NCBI GenBank assembly: GCA_038087875.1
Contig: JAXLNO010000476.1
Span: 1-37,286 of the forward strand
Direction of reading: 5' to 3'
DNA: 37,286 nucleotides
Source: Malacoraja senta
Lineage: Eukaryota
Shown here: piece after piece, positions 10,046 to 22,989 of the stretch
Layout: each line of letters begins with the position of its first letter
Position numbering within the stretch: the first letter of the stretch is position 1
Notes under the pieces: model-generated
Databases searched by the model: none
What the model was told of the DNA's origin: nothing
The model's input: the letters and a program-made list of their open reading frames with translations, nothing else
Program-made: the position numbers and the translations under genes

Positions 10046-10698
10046 CGGCGATGATACATCCTATCCCCTCTTGGCGCCTTCCCTTTGCACTTGTCCAACA
10101 ATTAATTTGTCGTCAACCTTCTCTTATACATCAACATCGTCTCCAATCTACACCGTCTCCTGTCTCCATCATAGTACGAACATTACCGCTCTGGACATGG
10201 TTGGTACTCACCGCAGATTATTAGGTTAGGTTAGCTTATGTAAGGTCTATTACTGTCATGGGTACTGGGGTAAGGTGGAAATCTTTGTTTTCCATGTTAT
10301 TCAAAATGTTCAGATACATCATATGTAGATGCAAACACTTCAAACGTACAATACGTGGAGCAAAGATGAAGGTACAGAATGTAGACTATAGTTCATGATT
10401 TAGAATATCATGTTCTTGAATCTTATCAAAAGCCTGCTTTATCCGTAAATTTGTCAGAATGAACAACATCTGTGCAAACCGCATTGCGTAATTCCGGTCT
10501 ATCTTTGTCCTAAGAAACGGACATTCGTAGTTGTAGAATTCGAGATTTTTATAAAAACACAAAAGATTCATTCAAGAAGCTGCAGAAATTCTTATTGAAC
10601 TGTTCTGAAATGCACAGCTAGAGCGACAGATGATGCAATACTGGTCTCACCTTTGAGACCTCCCATTGGTTTGGCGGAGTTGTAAACAATTAAGATGC

Positions 10699-12161
10699 AT
10701 TTGGAATAGTATAATCTATGTAAAATTTTAAATTGTATTAAAGTGTGTCTTACATTAATCGAACATTTATGCACGTTTAATAAGTGTTCATTCCACCTTT
10801 TCTTTGAGATTTTAATAGCTAGTTCTTGTTCCCAGTCTCTTCTGATACCTTCCGTAGATGGTATTTCTACATTTAAGATAATATTATACAAATATGATAT
10901 TAAGTTTGCTGATTCAGCTTTTATCTGCATTGCATCATCCAATACATCTGTTGGGCTATTATGATCATCTTTTGTATATTTTTTTCAAATAGTCACATGT
11001 TTGAAGATATTTAAAATATTGATTATTTCCGAGTTTATATTTTATTTGTAATTGTTGAAATGATAGTAATTTTCCAGTTTCATACAGGTCACCGAACGTA
11101 TTAATTCCTAGTCTATCCCATTGTGTGAAGGATTTATCTATAATAGAGGGATTAAACGAAGGATTATTAACTATGGGAGATAAAAGTGATAAATTTCTTA
11201 ATTTTAAATGTTGTTTTATTTGTTTCCAAATTCTGATTGTACTATCTATAATTGGGTTCTTATTATAATTTATGTTATTCAGTTTCATTGGTGAGAGGAG
11301 GAATAGATTATAATATTCCAAAATTAAAATCCATAAAATGTTCCCAAATGTATCATCCAATTGTGATAAATGTCAATCTCAAGAAGCTACTATAGCGCAC
11401 TCATTTGTCTTCTGTACAAAAATTCAAACATTTTGGATTGAAATTTTTGAAATTTTTACAAAGTTATTTCAAATAAAACTGATACCTAAAGCAGAATGGA
11501 TTATCTTCGGAACAACGGAAGATAGTCCAGAACTAAACGTGTTCCAAAAGAAATTAATAGATTATGGGTTAATAACTGGAAAAAAGCTAATTCTAAAATT
11601 TTGGGAAAATGCTCCAATACCAACTATAAACATGTGGATTTCAAATATGTTCGAAACATTACACCTAGACGAGATAAGACTCCTCCTGGCAGGTAAACCA
11701 GATCACTCCCACCTGACGTGGTCTGCATTTATAGAATTATTACAAATATAGGGTGCAAAAGTACTTAAAAAAAAAACTGAGGTCAGGTAAGGGGGGATGA
11801 AAGTTGGAGAGTTGGTATGTCCGATTTGCGTGCTGCTTACAAAAAAGTATTTGTTTTCCTCTTTTCCCTCTTTCTCTTTCTTCTTCTTTTCTAGTGTCTA
11901 TTTCTTAACTCTTTTTCTTTTGTTTTTAATTTCGTTCTTATAGGGTCTTTGTTCTTTCTTGTTGCCACATTTTTTACACTTTCACCTTTCCCTTCACTTT
12001 CTTCTCTCTTTCAATCTCATCCTTTCCCTCTATTACAGTAAAAAACAAACGGAGTACATTAATTGTAATAAGATATATGAGACAAGTACTAATGTATGTG
12101 GTTGTAATGTAATGTACTTCTAATAAATAAAAAATTAAAAAATTAAAATAAAAATTAAAAA
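10699..12161 (+). mobile_element. Young 5'-truncated L1 with 5' inversion (10699-11302 minus; 11303-12161 plus)
   Basis: TSD TAAACAATTAAGATGC at 10683-10698 and 12162-12177; A-rich tail ~12122-12161. ORF2 C-terminal peptides lie on minus in the left part and on plus in the right part (CDKC..HSFVFC). Confidence 0.95.
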
Positions 12162-12311
12162 TAAACAATTAAGATGCGAGACACATTAGGTTTCAGGTAC
12201 AGGTTCAGGATTAGGATTATTATTGTGAAATATACCGATGTAAAGTGAAAAAAACTGTGTTTGCATGTAATCCAGGCAGCACAGATATTCCGTGCATAGG
12301 TACAATCATTT

Positions 12312-15300
12312 TTTTTAATTTTCTTTATTTTTATTTATTAGAAGTACATTACATTACAACCACATACATTAGTACTCGTCACTTATGTTTTCTTACAATT
12401 AATGTACTCCATTTATTTTTACACTAGAAAAGGAAAAGATTCAAAGAAAGAAGAAAGTGAAGGAAAAAGTGAAAGTGCAGAAAATGTGACAACAAAAAAG
12501 GACGAAGACCCTATAAGAGCAAAATTAAAAACAAAAGAAAAAGAGTTAAGAAATAGACCCTAGAAAAGAAAGAGAAAGAGAAAGAGGAAAAAGAGAGAAA
12601 CAAATATTTTTATGAGCATTACGTAAATGGGACATACCAACTCTTCAACTATCATCCCCCCTTACCTGACCTCAATTTTTTTTAAAGTACTTTTGCACCC
12701 TATATTTGTAATAATTCTATAAATGCAGACCACGTCAGGTGGAAGTGATCTGGTTTATCTGCTAGGAGTCTTATCTCTTCTAGGTGTAATGTTTCGAACA
12801 TATTTGAAATCCACATATTTATAGTTGGTATTGGAGCCTTCTTCCAAAATTTCAGAATTAGATTTTTTCCAGTTATTAACCCATAGCCTATTAGTTTCTT
12901 TTGAAACACATTTAGTTCTGGACCATCTTCCGTTATTCCGAAGATAATCCATTCTGCTTTGGGTATCAGTCTTATTTTAAATAACTTTGTAAAGATTTCA
13001 AAAATTTAATTCCAAAATTTTTGAATTTTTGTACAGAAAACGAATGAGTGCGCTATAGTAGTTTCTTGGGATTTTATCACAAATAGATGATACATTTGGG
13101 AAAATTTTATGAATTTTAGTTTTCGAATAATATAATCTATGTAAAATTTTAAATTGTATTAAAGTGTGTCTTACATTAATCGAACCTTTATGCACGTTTA
13201 ATAAGTGTTCATTCCAACTTTCCTTTGAAATTTTAATAGCTAACTCTAGTTCCCAGTCTCTTCTGATACCCTCCGTAGATGGTATTTGTGCATTTAAGAT
13301 AATATTATACAAATATGATATTAAGTTTGCTGATTCAGCTTTTATCTGCATTGCCTCATCCAATACATCTACTGGGTTATTATAATGATCTTTTGTATAT
13401 TTTTTCAAATAGTCGCATATTTGAAAATATTTAAAATATTGATTATTTCCGAGTTTATATTTTATTTGTAATTGTTGAAATGAAAGTAATTTACCAGTTT
13501 CATACAAGTCACCAAGCGTTTTAATTCCTAGTCTATCCCAATGTGTAAAAGCTTTATCTATAATAGAGGGATTAAACGAAGGGTTATTAACTATAGGTAA
13601 TAAAAGTGATAACTTTCTTAATTTTAAATTTTGTTTTATTTGTTTCCAAATTCGGATTGTACTATAAATAATTGGGTTCTTATTATAATTTATGTTATTC
13701 AATTTCATTGGAGAGAGGAGGATCGCTCCAATGTTTCCAGAGGAGCAATCCTCTTTCTCCATTACAATCCAGTCCACTTGCTGGGCGGAGTTATCCATCA
13801 GTTGAATCATATTTTTAATATTTACTGACCAATAATAATACATAAAGTTAGGTAGTGCTAAACCCCCTAATACTTTAGGTTTATTCAGATGAGTTTTTTG
13901 TATTCTATGTGATTTATAGTCCCATATAAAATTAGTGATATCTGAGTCGAGTTTTGTAAAAAACTTCTTTGGTAAGTATATAAGAATCGATTGAAATAGG
14001 TATAAAATTTGTGGTAGAAAGATCATTTTTATTGAATTTATTCGGCCTATTAAAGACATCGGGAGCGTTTTCCAGAATTTAATTAGTGTGTTTAATTTAT
14101 TAAGTAGGGAGTCAAAATTTGCCTTAGACATACCTTGATATGTTCTGGTAATTTCGATTCCCAAGTATTTAAATTTTTCTGTAGCTATTTTAAAAGGGAA
14201 TTTTAAAAGATGTGTTGAATCTTTCGGTTTTATTGACATAATTTCACTTTTATTCCAATTTATTCTATATCCAGAAAAAGATCCAAAGTCTTCAATTAAA
14301 TTTAATATATTTGGTATGGTGATTTGAGGTTTTGTAATGTACAGTAATATATCATCCGCGTATAAAGATATTTTATTATATGAGTCTTTAGTATTATATC
14401 CATGGATATCAGGGTGTATTCTAATTGTTTCTCCTTGCGGTTCAATAATGAGAGCAAACAGCTGTGGTGATCATGAGCATCCTTGTCTATTTCCCCTTGA
14501 TAGTTCGAATTTCGAGGATAATATGTTAACAGTTAGTATTCTAGCTGTAGGTTTGTTATATAGTAACTTGATCCATAGAATAAAATTCTTCCCCAGTTGG
14601 AATTTTTGTAATACTTTATCCATATAATTCCATTCTACTTGATCAAATGCTTTTTCAGCATCCAGCGAAATAATTGATAATTCTTGATCTTCAGATTTGT
14701 GTGAGTGCATTATGTTGAGTAGACGTCTCATATTGTTAGATGAGTATCTCTTAGGGATAAACCCCGTCTGATCTGGGTTTATTAATTTACTAATGTATTT
14801 ACTTAATCTTCTAGCTAATGTTTTCGCTAATATTTTTTGATCTGTGTTTAACAATGCTATAGCTCTATATGAACCAGGTTCTTCTAAATCTTTGTTTTTC
14901 TTAGGTATTAGTGTAATCGTTGATTCCGCTAATGTATCAGGTAGTATTCGTTTTTTAAAAGCATATTGGTGCATTTTTGTAATCTTGGTATTATTTTATC
15001 AGCTTTTATAAAATTCATTAGTAAATCCATCAGGGCCTGGTGTTTTTCCATTCTTTAGTGAGTTTATTGTATCTTCTAATTCCTTAATTGAGATTTGTGC
15101 ACCCAATTCCTCTTGTTCCTTCAGCTCTAACTTTGGAAGATTACAGTTATCCAAAAACTTTGTGATATTATTGGAATCAATTGTCGTTTTAGATGTATAC
15201 AAATTCTCATAAAATTGCGCAAATCTTTTATTAATATCCTTCGGTGTTGTTAATAATTCCCCTTTATCTGATTTGATCTTTGGTATAGTATGTTCCTTTT

Positions 15301-15893
15301 CTCGTTTTTTTAGCTGGCGAGCCAAAGGTTTATGCGGTTTATCCCCAAATTCAAAGTGCTCTTGTTTTGTAATTTGAAAAAGTCTTATAAGTTTGGCAGA
15401 TAATAATTTATTTAATTTAAATTTCAAAGTTATTATTTTTATTATGTTTATCTATTGATGGATCTTTAGCATTATCTATATCCATTTGTCTAATAAGTTC
15501 TTCTAACTGTCTTTGTTCATTCTTATTCTTTTTATTTTGAAAAGCTTGATATGAAATTATAATACCCCTAATGTATGCTTTAAAAGATTCCCATAATACA
15601 GTAGGCGATATATCTGGAGTATCATTTATTTGAAAAAAGACCTCCATTTGTTCTTTTAAATATATACTCGCTTGTGGATCTTTTAGAATTTGAGAATTAA
15701 ATCTCCAAAACGATTTATTCTTAAACATTCCTTCCAGTTTTAAAAAGAAAGTTAGTGGAGAATGGTCTGAAATCGAATTTGTGTGGTATATTGCGTTAGA
15801 TGTTTGGGGGATTAATTTTGTATCCAGCAGAAAGTAGTCTATACGTGAGTATGTCTTATGTACCATTGAATAAAACGAGTATTCCCTGCCAGT
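12312..15893 (-). mobile_element. Young 5'-truncated L1, ORF2 from late endonuclease through RT and C-terminus, frameshifted
   Basis: TSD TAGGTACAATCATTT at 12297-12311 and 15894-15908. Motifs YSRIDY..SDHSP (APE endonuclease), KTPGPDG, YRAIALLNTDQKILAK, SLDAEKAFD, RQGC, YADD (~14360). ORF broken into at least 5 pieces. Confidence 0.97.
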
Positions 15894-16069
15894 TAGGTAC
15901 AATCATTTCAAACTCACGTATAACAGATAGAGGAAAGGAGAAGATTCAGAGAGCAGAATACAGTATCAGCGATGTAGCGTTTCAGCTCCAGAGAAAAGTC
16001 CAATGTCATCAATTGGGAAATATGAAATAAACAGCATAATAGATTGTAGAATGACCCTTAAGATGCCCG

Positions 16070-16925
16070 ATAACGGACGAGAAGAGGCTACTGGTGGTGC
16101 GCGCTTTCCCGCGTGTGTACTTTCTGCCGACTGGAGCAGGCAAAAGAATGAATGGTCGGGGTGAAACGGGTCATAGGTTGCATTGGCTGCTTTTCCGAGG
16201 CAGAGTAAAGAGTAGATTGTATCAGTGGTGAGAAGTCTGGTCTGTGTGACGGACAGGGCTACATCTACAAATCTCCCCAATTGCTTGTGTTGCTAGGCAG
16301 AGCTTTTCTCAAAACAAGTTGTGATGGAACCCTACATGATACTTTCTATGCTGCATGTACAGAAGTTTGGAACAGTCACTGGAGACATGACGAGATTTCT
16401 CTGTCTCCTCGGGATATAATGGCGTTAGTCTGCCTTCTGGATTGTTGCATCTATGTGGGTGATCCACGACAGACCTTTGATAGTATTAACACCAAGGGAA
16501 AGCTGTCATCTATTTCCACTTCTTCACCATTGAAGCTGATTGGGCATGTCCTGCACCATGTTTCCTGAAGTCAATAACTAGCTCCTTCGTCTTGCTGACA
16601 TTGAGGGAAAGATTATTGTCCGGACACCATGTATCTTAGTTCTCTATCACTCTCCTGTACTCAATATTGCAATTATTCCTGATTTGACCAACCACAGTGG
16701 GTTTGTGAGTAAACCTGTAGATATGATTAGAGCCAAATATATCCGTACAGTCGAGAGTGTAAAGGGAGAATATTAGGAGACTGAGTCCTTGCAGGGCATC
16801 GATGTAGAGATTTATTATGAAGGAGATGCTGTCCCCTATCCTCATTGACTGAGGTCCGTGGGCATTGGAGCCTTGGAAGCAGTGACAGAGAGAGAGCAGA
16901 TTCCGAGATCCCGTGGTTTGGTGAT
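16070..16925 (-). mobile_element. Old Rex1/Babar fragments (part of array unit)
   Basis: Minus peptides PQSMRIGDSIS..LQG..LIFSLYTLDC..FGSNHIYRF..TVVGQI..EYRR. Confidence 0.8.
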
Positions 16926-18064
16926 AACAGCCAGCCCTTCCCCAGCGGACACAGGTACACACCGTCACACGCACAATGCCAAGGTCAAGTCTGTTTGGAA
17001 TTCAATATCATAATTACAAACTGTTCTTGGTTTTGTAAACATTTCCAACCAGGTCACATCAGTGTTCATTTCCCTATTTGCCACAGATATGTTCGCCCCA
17101 ACCATGTTTGCCTTTCATAAATTATCATCCTCATTTTGTGGGGTAGATAATACTGTAGATTCAAATATATCTGCGAGTATATATTACATCTGACCTCATG
17201 TCACTCCAAGGTGAATTCTTATTCTCAACGATGATCATAACGTAATAATCCACATGCGGGCTGCAATTCTTTCAAATCTATCTTGCAAAGGCCTCGCAGA
17301 AGTCTCGATGTTGGGGTCAATACATTCACTTGTCATTCTTACCAACTGCGCAGAATGGATGCACTGGACAATTGTTCGCCCTTTGAGAACCACTTGATGC
17401 GACGGATACGTCTGGAATTCAGTCTCTGCCCGAGTCGAAGGTAAGTATCACTTCCCCTAAAAGCGGTAGTTCCAGGGCATAATATTCTGCAGATTAAGTG
17501 CTCGTAGATGGGATTTAGTAATTGGACAGCAGACACACAGACAGTTTTCGGCCTATTTCTCTGCTGTGTGACTCAGTGACTATTGGTCCAGTATATGCAC
17601 ATTTCTCCACACGTGGTATCTTCGTCAGTAGGGTTCACCACTATTTCCTTGAATAGGCAACTCGACAGTTGTAATTGGTAGCTATATTTGTGTATTTCTG
17701 TTGAGCAATAAATGTTGGGCAGCAACTGATTCTGCAGCAATGTTGAGATGCGCTGACTAGCCAGTCTACACTCTAATCCACAGTGCGGTGCAACACCAAT
17801 GTTTGCGGACGTGCGCTTTGCGAAACATGAACACGGCGTGCACTTGTTTCGACAAGTTCGGAGCTTTGATAAGGTCATTCATTTCTCACATTAGACCCGT
17901 TGTCCTCTCAAGTCCGAATCTTCTGGGTTTAACATGTTTTCCTCGTATTTCAGATGCCAAGCAATAACTGCGGTGCCCAATACAGTATTAGCATTCATTG
18001 TGTTTTTTCTCCTCCTCCCAACCCCACTTCACATTTGTCGAACTATTCATTCGTGGTGACCAAC

Positions 18065-18106
18065 GATTCCTTTCAGAATCAGAATCAGAATCAGAATCAG
18101 AATCAG
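18065..18106. repeat. (AGAATC)n microsatellite, probably tail of a small minus-strand retroposon fragment
   Basis: About 7 tandem copies followed by ttttattcgccaa. Confidence 0.85.
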
Positions 18107-18401
18107 TATCGGATTTTATTCGCCAAATATGTTTTGCATCATACGAAGAATTTTACTTCTCTTGTGCAGCAAAACCGAGTGCGTCACGTGGACATTCTTT
18201 GTCCCCATCATATTACCAATAGACCCGCTCTGATCACAGTTATTACTTATCTCCAATCATTAGGTTTGCCTTGGTTAGGCTACATTTATTATTATTACAT
18301 GCCGAGGTACAGTGAAACGCGTGGTTTTACATACTATCCACTCAGATCAGACCTACCATACATGGACACAATCAATTCAAACTCGTGCTTTGGATGAAGC
18401 A

Positions 18402-19130
18402 AAGTTCAAGTTCAAGTTCAAGTTGGCGTTTATTGTCATATGCACCAATTGAGGTACAGTGATATTTGAGTTACCATACAGCCATACTGAGTGCAAAGCA
18501 ACAATACGCACTGTCACATAAAATAAAATTAAACGTAAACATCCATCACAATGGAATCAACATTCCTCACTGTGATGGAAGAAATAAAGTTCAGTCATCT
18601 TCCTCCTTTGTTCACCCGTGGTCGCGGCCTTTGAACCCTCCGCAGTTCGCCGCTGCCGACGGTCCGATGTTCAAGCGTTCGCGTCGGTACGGATCGGAAA
18701 ACTCTGCGGCATGGAGCTCCCGAGTCGGCCTCTTTTTACCGGTGACCGCGGCTTCACGATGTTGAAGTCCATAGGCCCCGCGGTCGGAGCACTTTCGATG
18801 GCGATCCTCGTCAAAGGATCGCACGCTCCTCGATGGTAAGTCCACGCCGCGCCCGCCGCTGGAGGCTCCGGGCCGTACTCCAGCAAAAGCCGCACCACTC
18901 CACGTTGTTAGGCCGCAGTTGGGACGGAGATGCGACACGGAGAAAAATCGCATTTCCGTCGAGGTAAGTGACTGGTAAATAAATATCCCCCGACCCCCGC
19001 CCCCCAGCACCCCTACATAAAACATAGCATGAAACATTGAAACATACTTTTAAGACATACTTAAAATTTAAAAAACAGCGAAAGTACGAGACAGACTTGG
19101 CGAGGAGGCCATTACGGGCGCCACCCGGTA
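18402..19130 (-). mobile_element. GC-rich non-autonomous retroposon with Rex1-like (TTGAAC)n tail
   Basis: Plus strand starts (aagttc)n..tttattgtca..gaggtacagtg; CpG-rich body; interrupts the ggagcaaag|..gatacagaat block that is contiguous in other array copies. Confidence 0.7.
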
Positions 19131-19239
19131 GAGATACAGAATAAAATAATATATTTCATGATACAGAAGGTCATACAAATATTGTTATTATTTCCATCAA
19201 ATCCTGAATGTATTTGTAAATATGAACCTCTGTGTACAA

Positions 19240-19592
19240 AACCATGAGAATTATAGGTCGCGGAGACTCCTGCCCAGAATAGGCGAATCGAAAACCAGAG
19301 TATATAGATTTAATGTAAGGGAGCATTATTTAATAGGAACGTGATGGATAAAACATGTTTTAAAAAGGGGAGTGAGTCCATGCGACCAGCGGCCAGAGCA
19401 GACAGCTGAGGCACGTACTATCGCTACGTTTGAAATATTTGGACAGGTACATGAATCGGGCAGGTTTAGAGTAACACGCGCCAAACGCAGGCCTGGGGGA
19501 CTCGTGTAGATGGGACATGATTGTGGGTGCGGGCAAATGGGAAGAAGGGCCAGTTTCCACACTGTATGATTCATTGACACCATGACTCTATA
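19240..19592 (+). mobile_element. CR1 3' fragment inserted in array copy
   Basis: ggacaggtacatg..ggtttagag..ccaaacgcagg..tgtagatgggacatg..gaagggcc..tttccacactgtatga; array block resumes at ~19600. Confidence 0.85.
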
Positions 19593-19834
19593 TTATCTAC
19601 CAGCATTGCATCATCCCGTTCTCCTTGGAAATGCCCAGTGCATTTGGGGAATTCGACTTCTGTAAAAACACAAAGCGAGCAATTTGTGCAAAATATATTC
19701 ATTAACTGTGCAGAGGTGCACAACGATGGATGATGCAATCCTTCTCCAAGCCCTGAGGCATCCAGCTGGGTTTGTGTTGTTGTAAATAGCTATGATACGC
19801 GGCGCATTATGTTTTAGCTTTAGGTTCAGGTTTA

Positions 19835-20500
19835 TTATTTTTCCCAGTCTCCTCCTGAGGTAAAGGTGTTGGTGTGACTTCTTGAGTGTCGCATGCAAGT
19901 GATTGATCCCCAACATATTGTTGATAAGATTAACGCCATGCAACATGACCTCTCAACAACTTTCATTTCCGTTCCATCGATGCAGATTAGGGCATCAACT
20001 CCACCATCTTTCCCCGAGTCAATAGGCAGCTCATTCGCCTTGCTGACATTGACGGAGATGTTAATGTCCTGACACCAGGTCACTAAGTTCTCTATCTCCT
20101 TCTTGTACTCCGTATCGTTATTGTCCGTAATTCGGTCATGCCTTCCCCTATGCTTCCATAATTTATTTACTACCCCTTTCGTCTTGAAGACATTGAGCGG
20201 TCGGTTATTTTTATCTCAAGCAATGTCAGTAAGTCTACTATCACTTTCCTGAACTCTGTCTCCTCATTGTTCCTGGTCCGGCCCATCACAGTGGTGTCGT
20301 CAGCAAACCTGTGGACGAAATGTGTAAAGAGAGTATCGTTGGGGACTGACAAATCATCCTTGCAGGGCGCCGGTGTTGAGAGCTATTATGGAGGAGATGT
20401 TGTCATCTACCGTCACTGACTGAGGTCCGTGGGCCGTAGAGACGAGGAAGCAGTGGCGGAGGGCAGAGCACATTCCTAGGTCCTGGAGTTCGGAGATAAC
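19835..20500 (-). mobile_element. Old Rex1/Babar fragments
   Basis: Minus peptides PQSVTVDDNISS..LNTGALQG, RFADDTTVMG, WCQDINISVNVSKANEL. Confidence 0.85.
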
Positions 20501-21827
20501 AACCAGCCCTCTCCCCCCTCCCCCTCCCCAACCCCGACTGTGGACACAGCTACACACGGCCACACACACAATGCCAAGCTCAAGCCTGTTCAGACATTTA
20601 ATATCATAATTATCAATCTTATCCAGGTCTCAAGTTCTTTTCCATTGCTGGTCACATTGGCCTCCAGTTCCCTATTGGCCACAAGGAGCTTCGCTCCAAC
20701 CCTGTTTGTATTTAATAAATGGGCACCACTGTTGTTCTGGGGTAGAGTGTACTCGAGATTCAGATATATCCGAGAGAGTAAATTACATCACATCTCTGTC
20801 ACTCCAAAGTGAATTCATATTCTGATCATCTCATCCTAACGTAACCATCCATATACCCGTTGTTTAATGCTCTGAAGCTCCATCCTTTCAGGGCCTCGCA
20901 AACTCCCACATATCGGCGTCAATTACTCACTTGTTGTTCTCACCAATTGCACAGAGTAGAGGATCTGGTCAATTATTGGTCGTTTCACAGCCACTTGATG
21001 CGTGGGATAAATCTCCAACTGACTCTACACCGCTTCAAAGGGAAGTATCAGCTTCTTTAAAAGAGAGAGGGCTAAGAAATAATACTCTATGGACCAAGTG
21101 CTGGAAAATGCGATTCAGTTATTGGATAGCATTTACACAGCACGACTGCAATACTCTTTCCTGGTGTGACCGAGCTGCAGGGAGAGGTGAGGAATTTATT
21201 CCCTGGAGCGAAGGAGATTGAGGGGTGATGATATGAAGGTGTATAAAATCATGAGAGGAATAGTTAGGCTGAATGCAGAACATTTTCCCCAGGAATGAGA
21301 ATCAAAAGGCAGATCTCATAGGTTTAATGTGAGAGCAGCAAGATTTACAAGGAACCTGAAGGGAAGACTTGACACAAATAGAGAATGCTGGGTACATGGT
21401 TTGAACTTTGATAAGATCATTCACTTCTGACATCACATATTTTTTCTGCCTGGACGGATGTTATCTGAGTCTTCTGACTATACTATGTTTTCCTCCTGTA
21501 TTGCAGATGCGCGGTAATTAATACGGTCAACGATAAGGTATCAGGTGTTTTACTGAGTTCATCCTCCTGTGCCCACTTCACACCTTGTCTTCGCATTTGT
21601 TCACCCCCATTCAACACCTTCTCTTGTATATCAATATTGTTTGTGTTACATGGACAATCATAGTAGACATCGTGGTACGAGTATCCCTCTCTGGTCATAG
21701 TTGGTACTTATGTCAGATCATTAGTTTAGCTGAGGTTAGGCTTGGTTATTATTGTCAGATATTTCGAGGTACAGTGAAAAGCGTGGCATTGCACGCTATC
21801 CATTCAGTTCAGATATGCCCTATACAG

Positions 21828-21990
21828 ATACATAGAAACATAGAAAATAGGTGCAGGAGTAGGCCATTCGGCCCCTCGAGCCAGCACTGCCATTCAAGAT
21901 GATCATCCAAAATCAGTTACCCGTTCTGGCTTTTCACCATATCCCTTGATTCCCTCAGCCGTAAGAGCTAAATCTAAGTCTCTCTTAAAC
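21828..21990 (-). mobile_element. CR1 3' tail fragment
   Basis: catagaaacatagaaaataggtgcaggagtaggccattcggccc is the reverse complement of the CR1 tail seen elsewhere. Confidence 0.85.
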
Positions 21991-22989
21991 TACAACCAGT
22001 TAAAGTCCTGCAGATGGAGCGAGGAGGAAGATACAGAATGCCGAATATATTTAATGACAGAAGATCATGCTGACTATTGTTGGTTATTTCCATCAACCCC
22101 TGAATTGTCCGTGTATTTGTGAGAATGAACAACATTTACTCAAGCCACTTTGCATCAATCCGTTATCCGTAGAACTGGACAAGTGCAGTTGGATAATTTG
22201 AGTTTTGTAAAATCACAAAGCAACACATTTTTTGCAAAAATATTATTTAAGTTTGCAGAAGGTCTGATCTGGAACAGTAGATGATGTAATGAGACATCCC
22301 GCTGGGATCGCGATGTTGTAAACAATTAAGAGGAGAGGCGTTCAAATATCAGCTTCATGAGGAAACAGAGGCATTGCCCCTGTTTTTCAGTGCTTTTAAT
22401 GTCTTTTAATTTTTAGTGTGTTTTTTATAGTCCTTCGTTTTACGGTTTTTAATGGTTTGTAATTGTTTGTAATAGCTTTTTGTTCATGATTTCTCATGTA
22501 CAGCACTTTGTGGCAACTGTGGTTGTTTAAAGTGCTTTATATATAAAGTTATTATTATTATTATTATTATATTTAAGTTTATTGTTGCATGTACCGAGCT
22601 AAAGTAGATATATACAGTAATAGCTAAAACTCGAGCAGTGGGTATACGGATTTACACAGAGAATGAGTTGACATATGAGGTAGTTGCGGCATATATGAGG
22701 GCATCTTTCAAAGACAGCTGGACTGCTGCATGGATAGGAATGATTTAGAGTGATGTGGGCGAGATGCGGGAAGGGGTGACTAGTGTAGATGGGCAAATTG
22801 GTCGGCATGTGCAAGCTGGGTAGATAATCCCATTACCATGTTGTAGGATTCGATAATTCTATGAAAATAGATAGAGCAACGTGGAAGATGCAAAATATAG
22901 TTGGCAGCATTGGTGTGTATTTTCCTGCATCAGTTACTTAGACAATTTTAAATATCCGCAATGCGGTAGAATCGAATTGAGCAGTACCC

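Noticed and set aside
10221..10235. Telomere-like TTAGGTTAGG runs (also ~21720, 25275, 30260)
   Set aside because: Degenerate tails of a minus-strand retroposon within the array unit, not (TTAGGG)n.
12998..14239. 413-aa ORF as a host gene or active retrotransposon
   Set aside because: Fragment of L1 ORF2; the element lacks ORF1 and the 5' end and has several frameshifts.
17200..17255. Fibronectin-III/WSxWS-like reading YYVMIIVENKNSPWSD on the minus strand
   Set aside because: Not conserved in frame in the paralogous copies at ~20800 and ~23900; followed by stops.
17339..17536. Chemokine-like reading LICRILCPGTT..RRIRRIKWFSKG
   Set aside because: Cysteine spacing is wrong, the frame is not preserved in other array copies, and part of it overlaps a decayed CR1 tail.
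17954..18397. 147-aa ORF with a QNQNQN repeat
   Set aside because: Runs through a microsatellite and retroposon tails; paralogous copies are closed.
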